Shown piece after piece: positions 7,174-15,629 of a stretch of 32,000 bases of DNA. Within the stretch, counting starts at the first letter, position 1. The number at the start of each line of letters is the position of its first letter. The position numbers and the translations under genes are program-made. This stretch comes from Bellilinea caldifistulae. Its GTDB lineage: Bacteria > Chloroflexota > Anaerolineae > Anaerolineales > Anaerolineaceae. The notes under the pieces were generated by a model. It saw nothing but the letters and a program-made list of their open reading frames with translations, was not told the origin of the DNA and did not search any database. The stretch covers positions 186,265 through 218,264 of the forward strand of contig NZ_LGHJ01000013.1 in assembly GCF_001306055.1 (NCBI RefSeq), given 5' to 3'.

Positions 7174-7266
7174 GGCCGGTTCGTTCATTCATCTTTTTGG
7201 TGCGGCTGTTGGGTGTTTACAACAGGTGAATTCACCGGCGCCCAGGGGTTCGCAAAGGAGTAAGCA

Positions 7267-7614
7267 ATGCGTGTAAAAGGTGGACCGCAAGGTCATCAAC
7301 GACATAAGAAAGTTTTGAAATTCACCAAAGGCCAGCGCGGCACGAAACATTTTCTTTTCCGCCGGGCCAACGAAGCCATGCTCAAAAGCATGTGGTACGC
7401 CTATCGGGATCGGCGCACCCGCAAACGCGATCTGCGCAAGTTATGGATCACCCGCATCAATGCAGCTGCCCGCCTGAACGGGATTTCTTACAGCCGTTTG
7501 ATCTATGCCCTGCGCAAAGCCAACATCAACCTCAATCGCAAAATGCTGGCTGATCTGGCTGTGCGTGATCCTCAGGCTTTCGCCGCAGTGGTTACACAGG
7601 CTCAGGCGTCCTGA
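7267..7614 (+). CDS. rplT: 50S ribosomal protein L20
   Basis: 115 aa: [25 protein letters not shown]...[24 protein letters not shown]. An AAAGGAG SD lies upstream. Confidence 0.95.
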   Translation: MRVKGGPQGHQRHKKVLKFTKGQRGTKHFLFRRANEAMLKSMWYAYRDRRTRKRDLRKLWITRINAAARLNGISYSRLIYALRKANINLNRKMLADLAVRDPQAFAAVVTQAQAS

Positions 7615-7649
7615 TCCGGACTCCAACGGTTCTGCACAACGCTAACCCC

Positions 7650-7682
7650 AACGGGATGGACAACTTCCATCCCGTTTTCTTA
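7650..7682 (+). terminator. Rho-independent terminator of the infC-rpmI-rplT operon
   Basis: AACGGGATGGA-caact-TCCATCCCGTT forms a perfect 11-bp stem followed by TTCTT. Confidence 0.75.
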
Positions 7683-7714
7683 ATGCGGTATACTTGTCCA
7701 GAGAGGCAAAGAAA

Positions 7715-8296
7715 ATGTCGGAGGTCAAGCGCGCTCATACCTTTCCAAACGGACAGTGCTTTGAGCTGGTTCATGGGGATCTCACCCTTCAAAAGGTGGA
7801 TGCGATTGTCAATGCTGCCAATGAATTTCTTCACCATGGCGGCGGAGTGGCCGGCGCCATCGTTCGCAGGGGCGGCTGGGTCATTCAGGAAGAAAGTGAT
7901 CGTTGGGTTGAGCAACAGGGGCCGGTTTCCCATGCTGCCCCGGCCTACACCACAGCCGGAAAGTTGCCCTGTAAATATGTGATTCATGCTGTCGGCCCGG
8001 TCTGGGGAGTCAACAATGCCGATGAACGACTCGCCACGGCTGTATTCTCCAGTCTGCGGTTGGCAGAAAGTTTGGGCATTCATTCCATCGCCCTGCCGGC
8101 TATTTCAACCGGTATCTTCGGCTTTCCCAAAGATCGGGCAGCCCGGATCATCTTTCACACCATTGCGGAATATTTCAAGCAAAACCCACAATCTCAACTG
8201 GGGCTCGTCCGCCTGACCTTGTTGGACCAGGAAACCTTGAATGAATTTACCAGAATCTGGGACGAAGAAATGAGTCGGCAAACCCCATCATCATGA
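7715..8296 (+). CDS. Macro-domain protein (MacroD-type ADP-ribose / O-acetyl-ADP-ribose hydrolase-like)
   Basis: VDAIVNAANEFLHHGGGVAGAI, KYVIHAVGP and IALPAISTGIFGFP are the macro-domain motifs. ATG 7715 is preceded by a GAGAGG SD. I consider the track's TTG at 7694 less likely. Confidence 0.85.
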   Translation: MSEVKRAHTFPNGQCFELVHGDLTLQKVDAIVNAANEFLHHGGGVAGAIVRRGGWVIQEESDRWVEQQGPVSHAAPAYTTAGKLPCKYVIHAVGPVWGVNNADERLATAVFSSLRLAESLGIHSIALPAISTGIFGFPKDRAARIIFHTIAEYFKQNPQSQLGLVRLTLLDQETLNEFTRIWDEEMSRQTPSS

Positions 8297-9078
8297 TTAC
8301 TTCCATCCATAACCCCAAAATTCAACGAGTACGCGGATTGATGCAGCAGCGTTCACGGCGGGAGGAAGAGCAAGCCTTTGTCATTGAAGGTGCGCGGCTG
8401 ATTCAGGAAGCCCGCTTGAGCGGTGTTGCCCTCGATCTGGTGTTGATCAGTAGCCAGCCATCCCCGCGCGCCGCACAACTGGCTGATGATCTTGCCGCAA
8501 AGCGTATCCCAATCGAGGAAGTATCGGCAGAATTGTTCAAGCGCATAGCGGATACCGAAAATCCGCAAGGCATTCTGGCAATCGTTCGCCAGCAGCCGCG
8601 AGACCTACCACCAGATTGGGATTTTCTCGTGGTGGCGGACAATTTACGCGATCCGGGCAACCTCGGCACATTGCTGCGCACCAGCGCTGCGGCGGCAGCG
8701 GACGGGCTCATCCTCACCCCTGAATGCGTTGATGTATACTCCCCCAAAGTTGTCCGGGCAGCGATGGGCGCTCATTTCAAACTATCCATTTTGCAAAAAA
8801 AATGGGAAGAAATCATCCATCTTTGCCGTAGCCGTGCTGCAAAACCTGCCCAAATCCTGGTCAGCGAGGTCGAAAGTGGCACGCCCTGCTGGCAGGTTGA
8901 CCTTCGTCAGCCGCTGGCGCTGGTGATTGGCAGTGAAGCCGAAGGAGTTTCCAAAGATGCCCGACAGGCTGCCGACCAACGCTTGATGATCCCCATGCCC
9001 GGTCAAATCGAATCGCTCAATGCCGCCGTTGCGGCCGGTATTTTGCTGTTTGAAGTCGTCCGCCAGAGGTTCTCATGA
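8293..9078 (+). CDS. TrmH/SpoU-family RNA 2'-O-ribose methyltransferase (RlmB/TrmH group 3-like)
   Basis: SPOUT motifs are present: DPGNLGTLLRTSAA, LVIGSEAEGVS and IPMPGQIESLNAAVAAGILLFE. The N-terminal substrate-binding domain reads NPKIQRVRGL...FVIEG. The start overlaps the macro gene stop as ATGA. Confidence 0.9.
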   Translation: MITSIHNPKIQRVRGLMQQRSRREEEQAFVIEGARLIQEARLSGVALDLVLISSQPSPRAAQLADDLAAKRIPIEEVSAELFKRIADTENPQGILAIVRQQPRDLPPDWDFLVVADNLRDPGNLGTLLRTSAAAAADGLILTPECVDVYSPKVVRAAMGAHFKLSILQKKWEEIIHLCRSRAAKPAQILVSEVESGTPCWQVDLRQPLALVIGSEAEGVSKDARQAADQRLMIPMPGQIESLNAAVAAGILLFEVVRQRFS

Positions 9079-10292
9079 AAATTCGCACCTTAACCTGCTT
9101 CTTTGATCCCCATCAAAATCCTTTTCCCGAAATGCTCCCCCATCTGGCAGCGTTTACCAACCAGGCTGCTCAACGCTTGCAACAAGCCGGTTTCGATTTG
9201 CAAACCCGTCGGCTGGCAACTACTCCCTTTCCCCTTTGGCTGGGTTCGAAAAATTTTGCAGAGGCAATTTCCCTCGTAAAAGAATGGGAGAATCGGGCTG
9301 AAACATCCGGATTTGCCTATCTTTCGCTCGGGTGCGCCATTCCAACTCAACCGGAAACCTACGATTGGATTTCGCCGCTGCTTTCGGCTACGCGCAATGT
9401 TTTTGTAACCGGTTTACTCACTACCTCCCAAGGAGAAGTAGATTTGGAAGCCGTGAAGCGGAGTGCCCACGCAATTTTGCTCAATGCCCCCATCGAAGCG
9501 AATGGCTTTGCCAATCTGCGCTTTGCTGCACTGGCCAACGTGCCTGCCGGCTGTCCCTTTTTACCGGCGGCTTATCATAACCCCGGCCAGCCGCCAGCCT
9601 ACGCATTGGGTTTCGAATGTGCCGATGCCATTTTGCGTATATTTCAACAATCTGAAAACCTTACAACAGCCCGCCAGAATTTGATCATCGAACTGGAAAC
9701 GAGCGCCTCACGTATCCGCGAACTTCTTGCTTCGTTGGAGGAACGTTTCGGGATCCAGTTTTATGGCTTCGATTTTTCGACTGCGCCATACCCACAGGAT
9801 TGGTGCTCTGCCGGTGCGGCTTTGGAGCAGTTAGGCATTTCCGCCCTCGGCGGGCATGGCTCATTGGCTGCTGCGGCGTTTCTGGCGGATTCCCTTGACC
9901 GGGGAAAGTGGAAGCGGACTGGCTTCAACGGTTTGATGCTCCCCGTGCTGGAAGATTCGCGGCTGGCTCTCCGCGGTTCCCAAGGCACTCTGAAAATCAA
10001 GGACTTGCTGCTCTACTCTACGGTCTGCGGAACCGGGTTGGATACGGTTCCACTGCCGGGCAATTGTTCGGAGCAAAGCATCTCTGCTTTATTGCTGGAC
10101 CTGGCTGCCCTATCACTACGGTTGGAAAAACCCCTCACCGCCCGTTTGATGCCCATGCCGGGTAAACAGGCAGGTGAGCCGATCAACTTTGATTTTGAAT
10201 TCTTCAGCAGCGGCAGCGTAATGGCGCTCGATTCCGGTGAGCTGAAGGGTCTGCTGGCTGCCAGCCGGGTAGTGGATATTCATCCGCGCTGA
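9075..10292 (+). CDS. DUF711 / UPF0210 family protein
   Basis: 405 aa. The N-terminal KIRTLTCFF and the C-terminal CGTGLDTVPLPGNCSEQSISALLLDLAALS..LTARLMPMPGK match my recollection of the UPF0210 pattern (IRTIT..., C.VGLDM...PGDT....IS.II.D...). The start overlaps the TrmH stop as ATGA. Confidence 0.8.
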   Translation: MKIRTLTCFFDPHQNPFPEMLPHLAAFTNQAAQRLQQAGFDLQTRRLATTPFPLWLGSKNFAEAISLVKEWENRAETSGFAYLSLGCAIPTQPETYDWISPLLSATRNVFVTGLLTTSQGEVDLEAVKRSAHAILLNAPIEANGFANLRFAALANVPAGCPFLPAAYHNPGQPPAYALGFECADAILRIFQQSENLTTARQNLIIELETSASRIRELLASLEERFGIQFYGFDFSTAPYPQDWCSAGAALEQLGISALGGHGSLAAAAFLADSLDRGKWKRTGFNGLMLPVLEDSRLALRGSQGTLKIKDLLLYSTVCGTGLDTVPLPGNCSEQSISALLLDLAALSLRLEKPLTARLMPMPGKQAGEPINFDFEFFSSGSVMALDSGELKGLLAASRVVDIHPR

Positions 10293-10309
10293 TTCATTTC
10301 GAATCAGCG
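10287..10309. terminator. Hairpin shared by convergent genes, containing both stop codons
   Basis: CGCTGATTC-atttc-GAATCAGCG forms a perfect 9-bp stem. The TGA of the + gene (10290-10292) is in the left arm. The TGA of the - gene (10306-10304) is in the right arm. TACTTTCTT follows in the + direction. Confidence 0.5.
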
Positions 10310-11041
10310 TACTTTCTTGAAGTCAATCAAAATCAGGTTTTTATCGCAGTCGGCAAAGGTATCAAACACAACCCGCTCGGAAAGAGGCAAATTGGCCTGA
10401 TCCAACAACCGCACCGAAAGCAAGCCCCGCGAAGCAATTGGCTGATTGGCAATGGTAAATTCATAACCCGACGGGCCGTACTGGGCAGCCGTTCCGGTCA
10501 GACTGGTCATATCCACCCGCTTGCCGTCCAGCGTACCCCGCAGCCAGACCCGAATGCCGGTCACAGGGCGGTTCTGCTCATCTACTACCCGACCGGCCAC
10601 ACCCATCCAGCCACAGCCACGGCTGGCATCATAAAGATTGATCGAAATGGCCTGTGGATCACTCTGACGCATGAAAGTAAACCCTCCCGCCACATTGGTT
10701 TCGGTCGGTTCGGGCGTCTCCAGCTTTTCAATTGGCGTGCCAATAATCACAATGATCGGCTCTGTCGGTGTTGCCGTCGGGGGAGGAGTGGGGGAATAAT
10801 CCGGTGTGGGGGACGGTGTCGGCGTCCATGTGGGAGGAAGCGCCAGCAGAGTTGATGTTGCAGTAGGCGCCTGGGCCAAAGCCGGCAAGGTTGGTGGCGG
10901 AAAAGGGTTCAAGGAAGACTGAGGATTGAGAAAAACCATCAGGAAAAACGAAGCTGTCAGGGGAATCAGGGCAATGACAAACACCGTGGCCAGATTCCAC
11001 GGCAGGTCTCGATTGGATTTTCGGGGTTGGGGTCTATTCAC
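10304..11041 (-). CDS. Membrane-anchored Pro/Thr-linker protein with a C-terminal beta-rich domain, function unknown
   Basis: 245 aa. GTG start 6 nt after a GAGGAGG SD. N-terminal TM: LATVFVIALIPLTASFFLMVFL. A PT-rich linker and a ~130-aa domain follow. Confidence 0.7.
   Translation of the reverse strand: MNRPQPRKSNRDLPWNLATVFVIALIPLTASFFLMVFLNPQSSLNPFPPPTLPALAQAPTATSTLLALPPTWTPTPSPTPDYSPTPPPTATPTEPIIVIIGTPIEKLETPEPTETNVAGGFTFMRQSDPQAISINLYDASRGCGWMGVAGRVVDEQNRPVTGIRVWLRGTLDGKRVDMTSLTGTAAQYGPSGYEFTIANQPIASRGLLSVRLLDQANLPLSERVVFDTFADCDKNLILIDFKKVR
10757..10906 (-). repeat. Low-complexity Pro/Thr linker-coding tract
   Basis: Encodes PFPPPTLPALAQAPTATSTLLALPPTWTPTPSPTPDYSPTPPPTATPTEP. Confidence 0.6.
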
Positions 11042-11084
11042 GCACTACCTCCTCAGGGAGTTGGGTCGGTGAATTAATCATCTT

Positions 11085-12023
11085 TCACGGGTAGAGCATC
11101 TCAATTTGGGCCGCAGCACGCCGTGCTTCGAGCCATTCCTGGAGGATTTTTTGTTGCAAGGTCAAGCGGGCTTCTCCGCTCAAAGGGTGACTTTCATCCC
11201 GCTGTTCGACTTGAACGATATGGTATCCAAAATCGGATTCGATCACACCGCTGTATTCACCCGGTTGTAAACCGAATGCCGCCTCTTCTACCGCCGGAAC
11301 GGTCAAAAAACCCCGCGGAAACCAGCCCAAATCGCCGCCGGTGAGCGGATCATACTGAAAAGCAAGGGTTGCAAAATCTGCGCCAGCCTGTAATTGGCGG
11401 TAGAGCGAATCGGCGGTGGAGCGCAAGCGTACCACGATTTGACGAGCTTTTACCTGTTCAATTTGGGGGGGTAAACTGGCCACCACTTGATCGCGCTGGC
11501 GGGCGGCTTCCATTGCCCGGCGCAGCGCAGACCGAAAAACGCCTTCTTCAGCATACCCCATTTGACTCAGCCAGTCTTCGAAAGCCTGCCGTCCTCCTGC
11601 GTCCTCAATCAGTTGCTGGATGCGGTTATTCAACTGTTCATCATCCACGCTAAAGCCATTCTCACGGGCAGCCTGCGCCAGTAAAGTTTGCTCAATCAGG
11701 TCGTTTGCCACGAGGCGAATTCGCTCTTCGTCACTGCGCTGAATGGCAAGGTCACGGTCGGCGGCTTCCAATTGAATCAGCGAAGCCTCAAACTCCCGCA
11801 ACGCCACCCTTTCCCCGTTGATGATTAGGGCTGCCGGTTCAGGGGTTGCTGTGATGGTTGCCGTAGGGCTGGGTTCAACTGGCGGCTGGGGAGTCCGCTC
11901 TGCCTGCGCAGGAATGTCGGTAACAGTCGGTCTGCTACCGGTATTACAACCCGCCATAACCACCAGTAATAACACCCCCACTGCCAAAAATTTTTTCCAG
12001 TTTCTCCAATGGGCTAGATTCAT
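11085..12023 (-). CDS. Parvulin-type peptidyl-prolyl isomerase lipoprotein (PrsA/SurA-like)
   Basis: Signal peptide with lipobox LLLVVMAGC. A SurA-like helical region follows. The parvulin domain reads ARQIVV...ADFATLAFQYD...GGDLGWFPRG...FGYHIVQV. Confidence 0.85.
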   Translation of the reverse strand: MNLAHWRNWKKFLAVGVLLLVVMAGCNTGSRPTVTDIPAQAERTPQPPVEPSPTATITATPEPAALIINGERVALREFEASLIQLEAADRDLAIQRSDEERIRLVANDLIEQTLLAQAARENGFSVDDEQLNNRIQQLIEDAGGRQAFEDWLSQMGYAEEGVFRSALRRAMEAARQRDQVVASLPPQIEQVKARQIVVRLRSTADSLYRQLQAGADFATLAFQYDPLTGGDLGWFPRGFLTVPAVEEAAFGLQPGEYSGVIESDFGYHIVQVEQRDESHPLSGEARLTLQQKILQEWLEARRAAAQIEMLYP

Positions 12024-12030
12024 GAAAAAA

Positions 12031-12036
12031 ATTATA
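12031..12036 (-). promoter_or_regulatory. -10 box TATAAT 7 nt upstream of the PPIase ATG (leaderless-type)
   Basis: The minus strand reads TATAAT-ttttttc-ATG(12023). There is no SD and no convincing -35. Confidence 0.35.
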
Positions 12037-12054
12037 ACCGATTTCAGGATAAAG

Positions 12055-12083
12055 CACCTCCCGCAGGTTGTCTGCGGGAGGTG
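12055..12083 (-). terminator. Terminator of groES-groEL
   Basis: CACCTCCCGCAG-gttgt-CTGCGGGAGGTG forms a perfect 12-bp GC-rich stem 30 nt after the groEL stop. On the minus strand it is followed by CUUUAUCC. Confidence 0.7.
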
Positions 12084-12112
12084 TACCTTTCAGAATTGGA
12101 AAGGTTGACGGT

Positions 12113-13744
12113 TTAGTATTCCGGCATCGGCGGAGTTGCCGGTTTTTCCTTTTCGGGAACTTCGGTGATCAACGCTTCAGTGGTCAGGATCATGGCTGCG
12201 ATCGAAGCAGCATTTTCCAATGCACCGCGGGTCACCTTGGCAGGATCAATCACGCCGCCTTTAACCATGTTCAGGTACTCATCGCGCAGCACATCGTAAC
12301 CGATCTTGGGGTCGTTCTCGCGTTTCTGAGCCTGGCGTACGTTTTCAATGATCACGGAACCCTCTTTGCCAGCGTTTTCGACGATCTTGCGCATCGGAAC
12401 TTCCAGTGCTTTGCGGACGATGTTGACCCCGATTTGCTCGTCCTCATATTCCATCTTCAACGTGTCCAGCACGGGGATGGCGTTGAGCAGTGCCACACCA
12501 CCGCCGGGGACAATTCCTTCTTCCACCGCTGCCCGGGTAGCCGAGAGGGCATCTTCAACGCGGTGTTTCTTCTCTTTCAGTTCGGTTTCGGTAGCAGCAC
12601 CGACGCGGATGATCGCCACACCGCCAGCCAGTTTCGCCAGACGTTCTTGCAGTTTTTCGCGGTCGTAATCGCTGGTGGTCTTTTCAATCTCAACCCGAAT
12701 CTGCTCAATGCGTCCGCGGATTTCGGCTTCATTGCCTTTACCGCCCACAATCGTGGTATTGTCTTTGTCCGCCACCACTTTTTCAGCGCGGCCAAGGTCC
12801 GCAATCGTCGTGGTTTCCAGCTTGCGGCCGGTTTCCTCAGAAATCACGCTGGCACCGGTCAGGATGGCAATATCCTGCAGCATTGCCTTGCGGCGATCAC
12901 CAAAGCCGGGGGCTTTAACCGCCAGCACGTTGAGCATTCCGCGCAGTTTGTTCAACACAAGGGTCGCCAAGGCTTCACCATCCACATCCTCGGCAATGAT
13001 CACCAGGTCGCGTTTGCCAACCTGCACCAGTTTTTCGAGAATGGGGACAATATCCTGTGCAGCAGAGATTTTCTTGTCGTGGATGAGGATGTAAGGATCC
13101 TGAATGACGGCTTCCATGTGTTCAGGATCGGTGATGAAGTAGGGGGAGATGTAACCGCGGTCGAACTGCATACCTTCGACATATTCGGTCTCGAATTCCA
13201 GACCTTTGGATTCTTCGACGGTGATCACGCCATCTTTACCGACTTTATCCATCACCTCGGCAATCAGGTTACCAATGGTGCGGTCCTGAGCGGAAATGGT
13301 CGCAACATTGGCAATGTCCTCTTTGGTGGTGATGTCAATCGCCTGTTTGCGGATTTCTTCCGAGACCAGTTTTGCAGCGGCTTCGATACCGCGTTTGAGC
13401 AGCATGGGGTTGGCGCCGGCGGCTAATGTTTTTAGACCCTCGGTAACGATGGCATGCGCCAGCACGGTAGAGGTGGTGGTGCCGTCACCGGCAATGTCAT
13501 TGGTTTTGGTGGCTGCTTCTTTGAGCAGCTGCGCGCCCATGTTTTCGAACGGGTCTTCCAGTTCGATTTCTTTGGCAACGGTCACACCGTCGTGGGTGAT
13601 GGTGGGTGAACCGAACTTGCGGTCCAGTGCTACATTGCGGCCTTTGGGGCCCAGGGTGGTTGCCACAGCAGTAGCAACGATATCAATGCCGTTCTTCAGA
13701 CGACGGCGAGCCTCTTCCGAAAATACCAGTTGTTTGGCTGCCAT
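12113..13744 (-). CDS. groL: Chaperonin GroEL (Cpn60)
   Basis: 543 aa: [52 protein letters not shown]-type motifs. The C-terminus is PPMPEY rather than a GGM repeat. Confidence 0.98.
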   Translation of the reverse strand: MAAKQLVFSEEARRRLKNGIDIVATAVATTLGPKGRNVALDRKFGSPTITHDGVTVAKEIELEDPFENMGAQLLKEAATKTNDIAGDGTTTSTVLAHAIVTEGLKTLAAGANPMLLKRGIEAAAKLVSEEIRKQAIDITTKEDIANVATISAQDRTIGNLIAEVMDKVGKDGVITVEESKGLEFETEYVEGMQFDRGYISPYFITDPEHMEAVIQDPYILIHDKKISAAQDIVPILEKLVQVGKRDLVIIAEDVDGEALATLVLNKLRGMLNVLAVKAPGFGDRRKAMLQDIAILTGASVISEETGRKLETTTIADLGRAEKVVADKDNTTIVGGKGNEAEIRGRIEQIRVEIEKTTSDYDREKLQERLAKLAGGVAIIRVGAATETELKEKKHRVEDALSATRAAVEEGIVPGGGVALLNAIPVLDTLKMEYEDEQIGVNIVRKALEVPMRKIVENAGKEGSVIIENVRQAQKRENDPKIGYDVLRDEYLNMVKGGVIDPAKVTRGALENAASIAAMILTTEALITEVPEKEKPATPPMPEY

Positions 13745-13780
13745 AGGTGTTCTCCTTTGATTATTTGATGATTTGAAAAA

Positions 13781-14080
13781 TTACTTGGTTTCGACAATGG
13801 CGAGCAGGTCGCTCTCGCGCAGGATGAGCAATTTCTTGCCCTCAACCTTGATTTCGGTGCCTGCGTACTTGGCAAACAAAACTGTATCGCCCTCTTTCAC
13901 ATCCATCGGAATGCGTTTACCGTCTTCATCCCGATCACCAGGGCCGACCGAAAGAATGACACCCTTCTGGGGTTTTTCTTTTGCCGTTTCGGGAAGAACG
14001 ATACCACCCGCAGTAACTTCTTCCTGTTCAATCGGTTCAACCACGACACGGCTGCCTAACGGTTTAAGATTGACACTCAT
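13781..14080 (-). CDS. groS: Co-chaperonin GroES (Cpn10)
   Basis: 99 aa: [45 protein letters not shown] lies 5 nt upstream. Confidence 0.97.
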   Translation of the reverse strand: MSVNLKPLGSRVVVEPIEQEEVTAGGIVLPETAKEKPQKGVILSVGPGDRDEDGKRIPMDVKEGDTVLFAKYAGTEIKVEGKKLLILRESDLLAIVETK

Positions 14081-14122
14081 ACAAACCTCCCACTACTGAA
14101 ATTCGATTGGATTGTGAACATT

Positions 14123-14149
14123 TTAGCACTCTCTTATCCTGAGTGCTAA
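14123..14149. promoter_or_regulatory. CIRCE operator (HrcA binding site)
   Basis: TTAGCACTC-N9-GAGTGCTAA is a perfect match to the CIRCE inverted repeat. It lies between the promoter and the groES start. Confidence 0.9.
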
Positions 14150-14159
14150 ACCAGTGCGT

Positions 14160-14188
14160 ATCATACCCACCTTTGGAAGGAAAGTCAA
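14160..14188 (-). promoter_or_regulatory. groESL promoter
   Basis: The minus strand reads TTGACT (14188-14183), 17 nt, then TATGAT (14165-14160). It sits immediately upstream of CIRCE. Confidence 0.7.
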
Positions 14189-14233
14189 GGGGTTTCGCGA
14201 ATCTCTTACAAAATTCTGATATTTTTTAGCGGT

Positions 14234-15610
14234 TTATGGCGCTTGAATACCGTAAGAGGCGCAGATTTGCTCACTGGGGTCAATAATGGCGCGGATGGTC
14301 GGATCACTTCCGTAGCGAGCACGTACTTCCGCCAGCACCTTGACCGCCTCCTGACAGTAATCCAGACCGGGTCGGTGCATACCCGCCAGCACCGAACCGT
14401 AGGTATAGTAGTAGATCAAAGAAGCCGGCGATAATTCCAACCCCTGAATCTCAATCGGCGGGTCAACATCCGGGTTGCACTGGCGAACTTCGCAGGAAAT
14501 CGCAGCATCACAGCCACGCACGGCGCATTGCAAAGCCGGAATGGCGCTTTCATAGTTTCGAGCGCGGAAGTAAACCAGGCCTAACTGGCCGTAAATATCC
14601 GGGTCTGCCGGCAGCATGCCCAATGCCGTCCGCACATTCAACGATGCCGCAAAGAATTCTCCCATCTGAGAATAGGTGCGCCCAATCGCCAGATAGGGGA
14701 TGGGATCCTGTACGCCAATTTGTTTATTGATGGCTACCGCTTTGGCATAATACGAAAGAGCCTGTTCGTAGTACTCCTTTACCTCAGGGTGATCACTGCC
14801 AACCACTTCTGCCCTTTTCAAACCAAGCGTGCGGTAATTTGCCCCAATCCGAATGTAAAGCGGGGTAAAGTTGGGGGTAATTTCAGCCGCTTTCAGATAT
14901 TCTTCAATGGCTGCCCGATAATCCCCCAGCGATTCCTGTACATACCCGCTCACGCGGTGAACATCCATCAAATCCGCTCCGCGTTCCAAAGCCTGGCGCA
15001 TGCTCTCGTCGGCCTGCACGTATTTCTGCTGATCAATCAAGATTTCGGCGTAATAGGCATGGGCCAGCGCGTTATTGCTGTCAAATTGCAGCGCACGGAT
15101 GACCGACTGCTCGGCTTCGTTGAGATAGCGTTGGGCATCTTCTCCGGCATACACCGAGTTCCAGTCATAAACAAAGGCGCGGATGGCCAGCACAAAAGAA
15201 TCCTCCGGAGCCAGCTCGGTGGCTTTGTCAATGTTTTCGCGAGCAGCCCTCAGCCGTTCAACACGAATCGCATCGGTGGTGGAAAGACTGGAATAATAGG
15301 TTTGAATACGGGCCAGTTCGGCAATCAACCGCGCGTTGGTGGGTTCTAACTCCATCGCCCGTTGATAGGCTGCAATGGCAGCCGGCAAATTCCCAGCGAC
15401 AAACTGGGTTTCCCCCTCCAGCGCGTATGAACGCGGAATCCGTGTTGGGGTTGGTGTGGGTAGAAACAGGGCTTCCACCTGACCGCTCTGGTAGCCCCGT
15501 AAAACAAATAGGCCCGCCATCAGCAACGCCAGTAAGAGGACAATCCGATAGGGGTTGCTGTGGCCATTTCGGTTTCTAAATATGGGGCGGTGGTTGTTTA
15601 AATCAATCAT
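14234..15610 (-). CDS. Membrane-anchored tetratricopeptide-repeat protein (paralog 1)
   Basis: 458 aa from MIDLNNHRP. I reject the track start at 15709 because it overlaps the upstream gene. N-terminal TM: IVLLLALLMAGLFVL. The PTPTPTR linker is followed by multiple TPR units (A..YQRAMELEP.N, AL.FD.NNA.AH..). The C-terminal region is Cys-rich. Confidence 0.8.
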   Translation of the reverse strand: MIDLNNHRPIFRNRNGHSNPYRIVLLLALLMAGLFVLRGYQSGQVEALFLPTPTPTRIPRSYALEGETQFVAGNLPAAIAAYQRAMELEPTNARLIAELARIQTYYSSLSTTDAIRVERLRAARENIDKATELAPEDSFVLAIRAFVYDWNSVYAGEDAQRYLNEAEQSVIRALQFDSNNALAHAYYAEILIDQQKYVQADESMRQALERGADLMDVHRVSGYVQESLGDYRAAIEEYLKAAEITPNFTPLYIRIGANYRTLGLKRAEVVGSDHPEVKEYYEQALSYYAKAVAINKQIGVQDPIPYLAIGRTYSQMGEFFAASLNVRTALGMLPADPDIYGQLGLVYFRARNYESAIPALQCAVRGCDAAISCEVRQCNPDVDPPIEIQGLELSPASLIYYYTYGSVLAGMHRPGLDYCQEAVKVLAEVRARYGSDPTIRAIIDPSEQICASYGIQAP

Positions 15611-15629
15611 CTTTCCATCCCTGCCGTTT

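Noticed and set aside
12068-13426. 452-aa ORF on the + strand, antisense to groEL
   Set aside because: It lies entirely within the unmistakable groEL reading frame on the opposite strand. The product is low-complexity (rich in F, D, H and G) with no recognisable motifs and no SD. This is a typical shadow ORF of a highly expressed, codon-biased gene.
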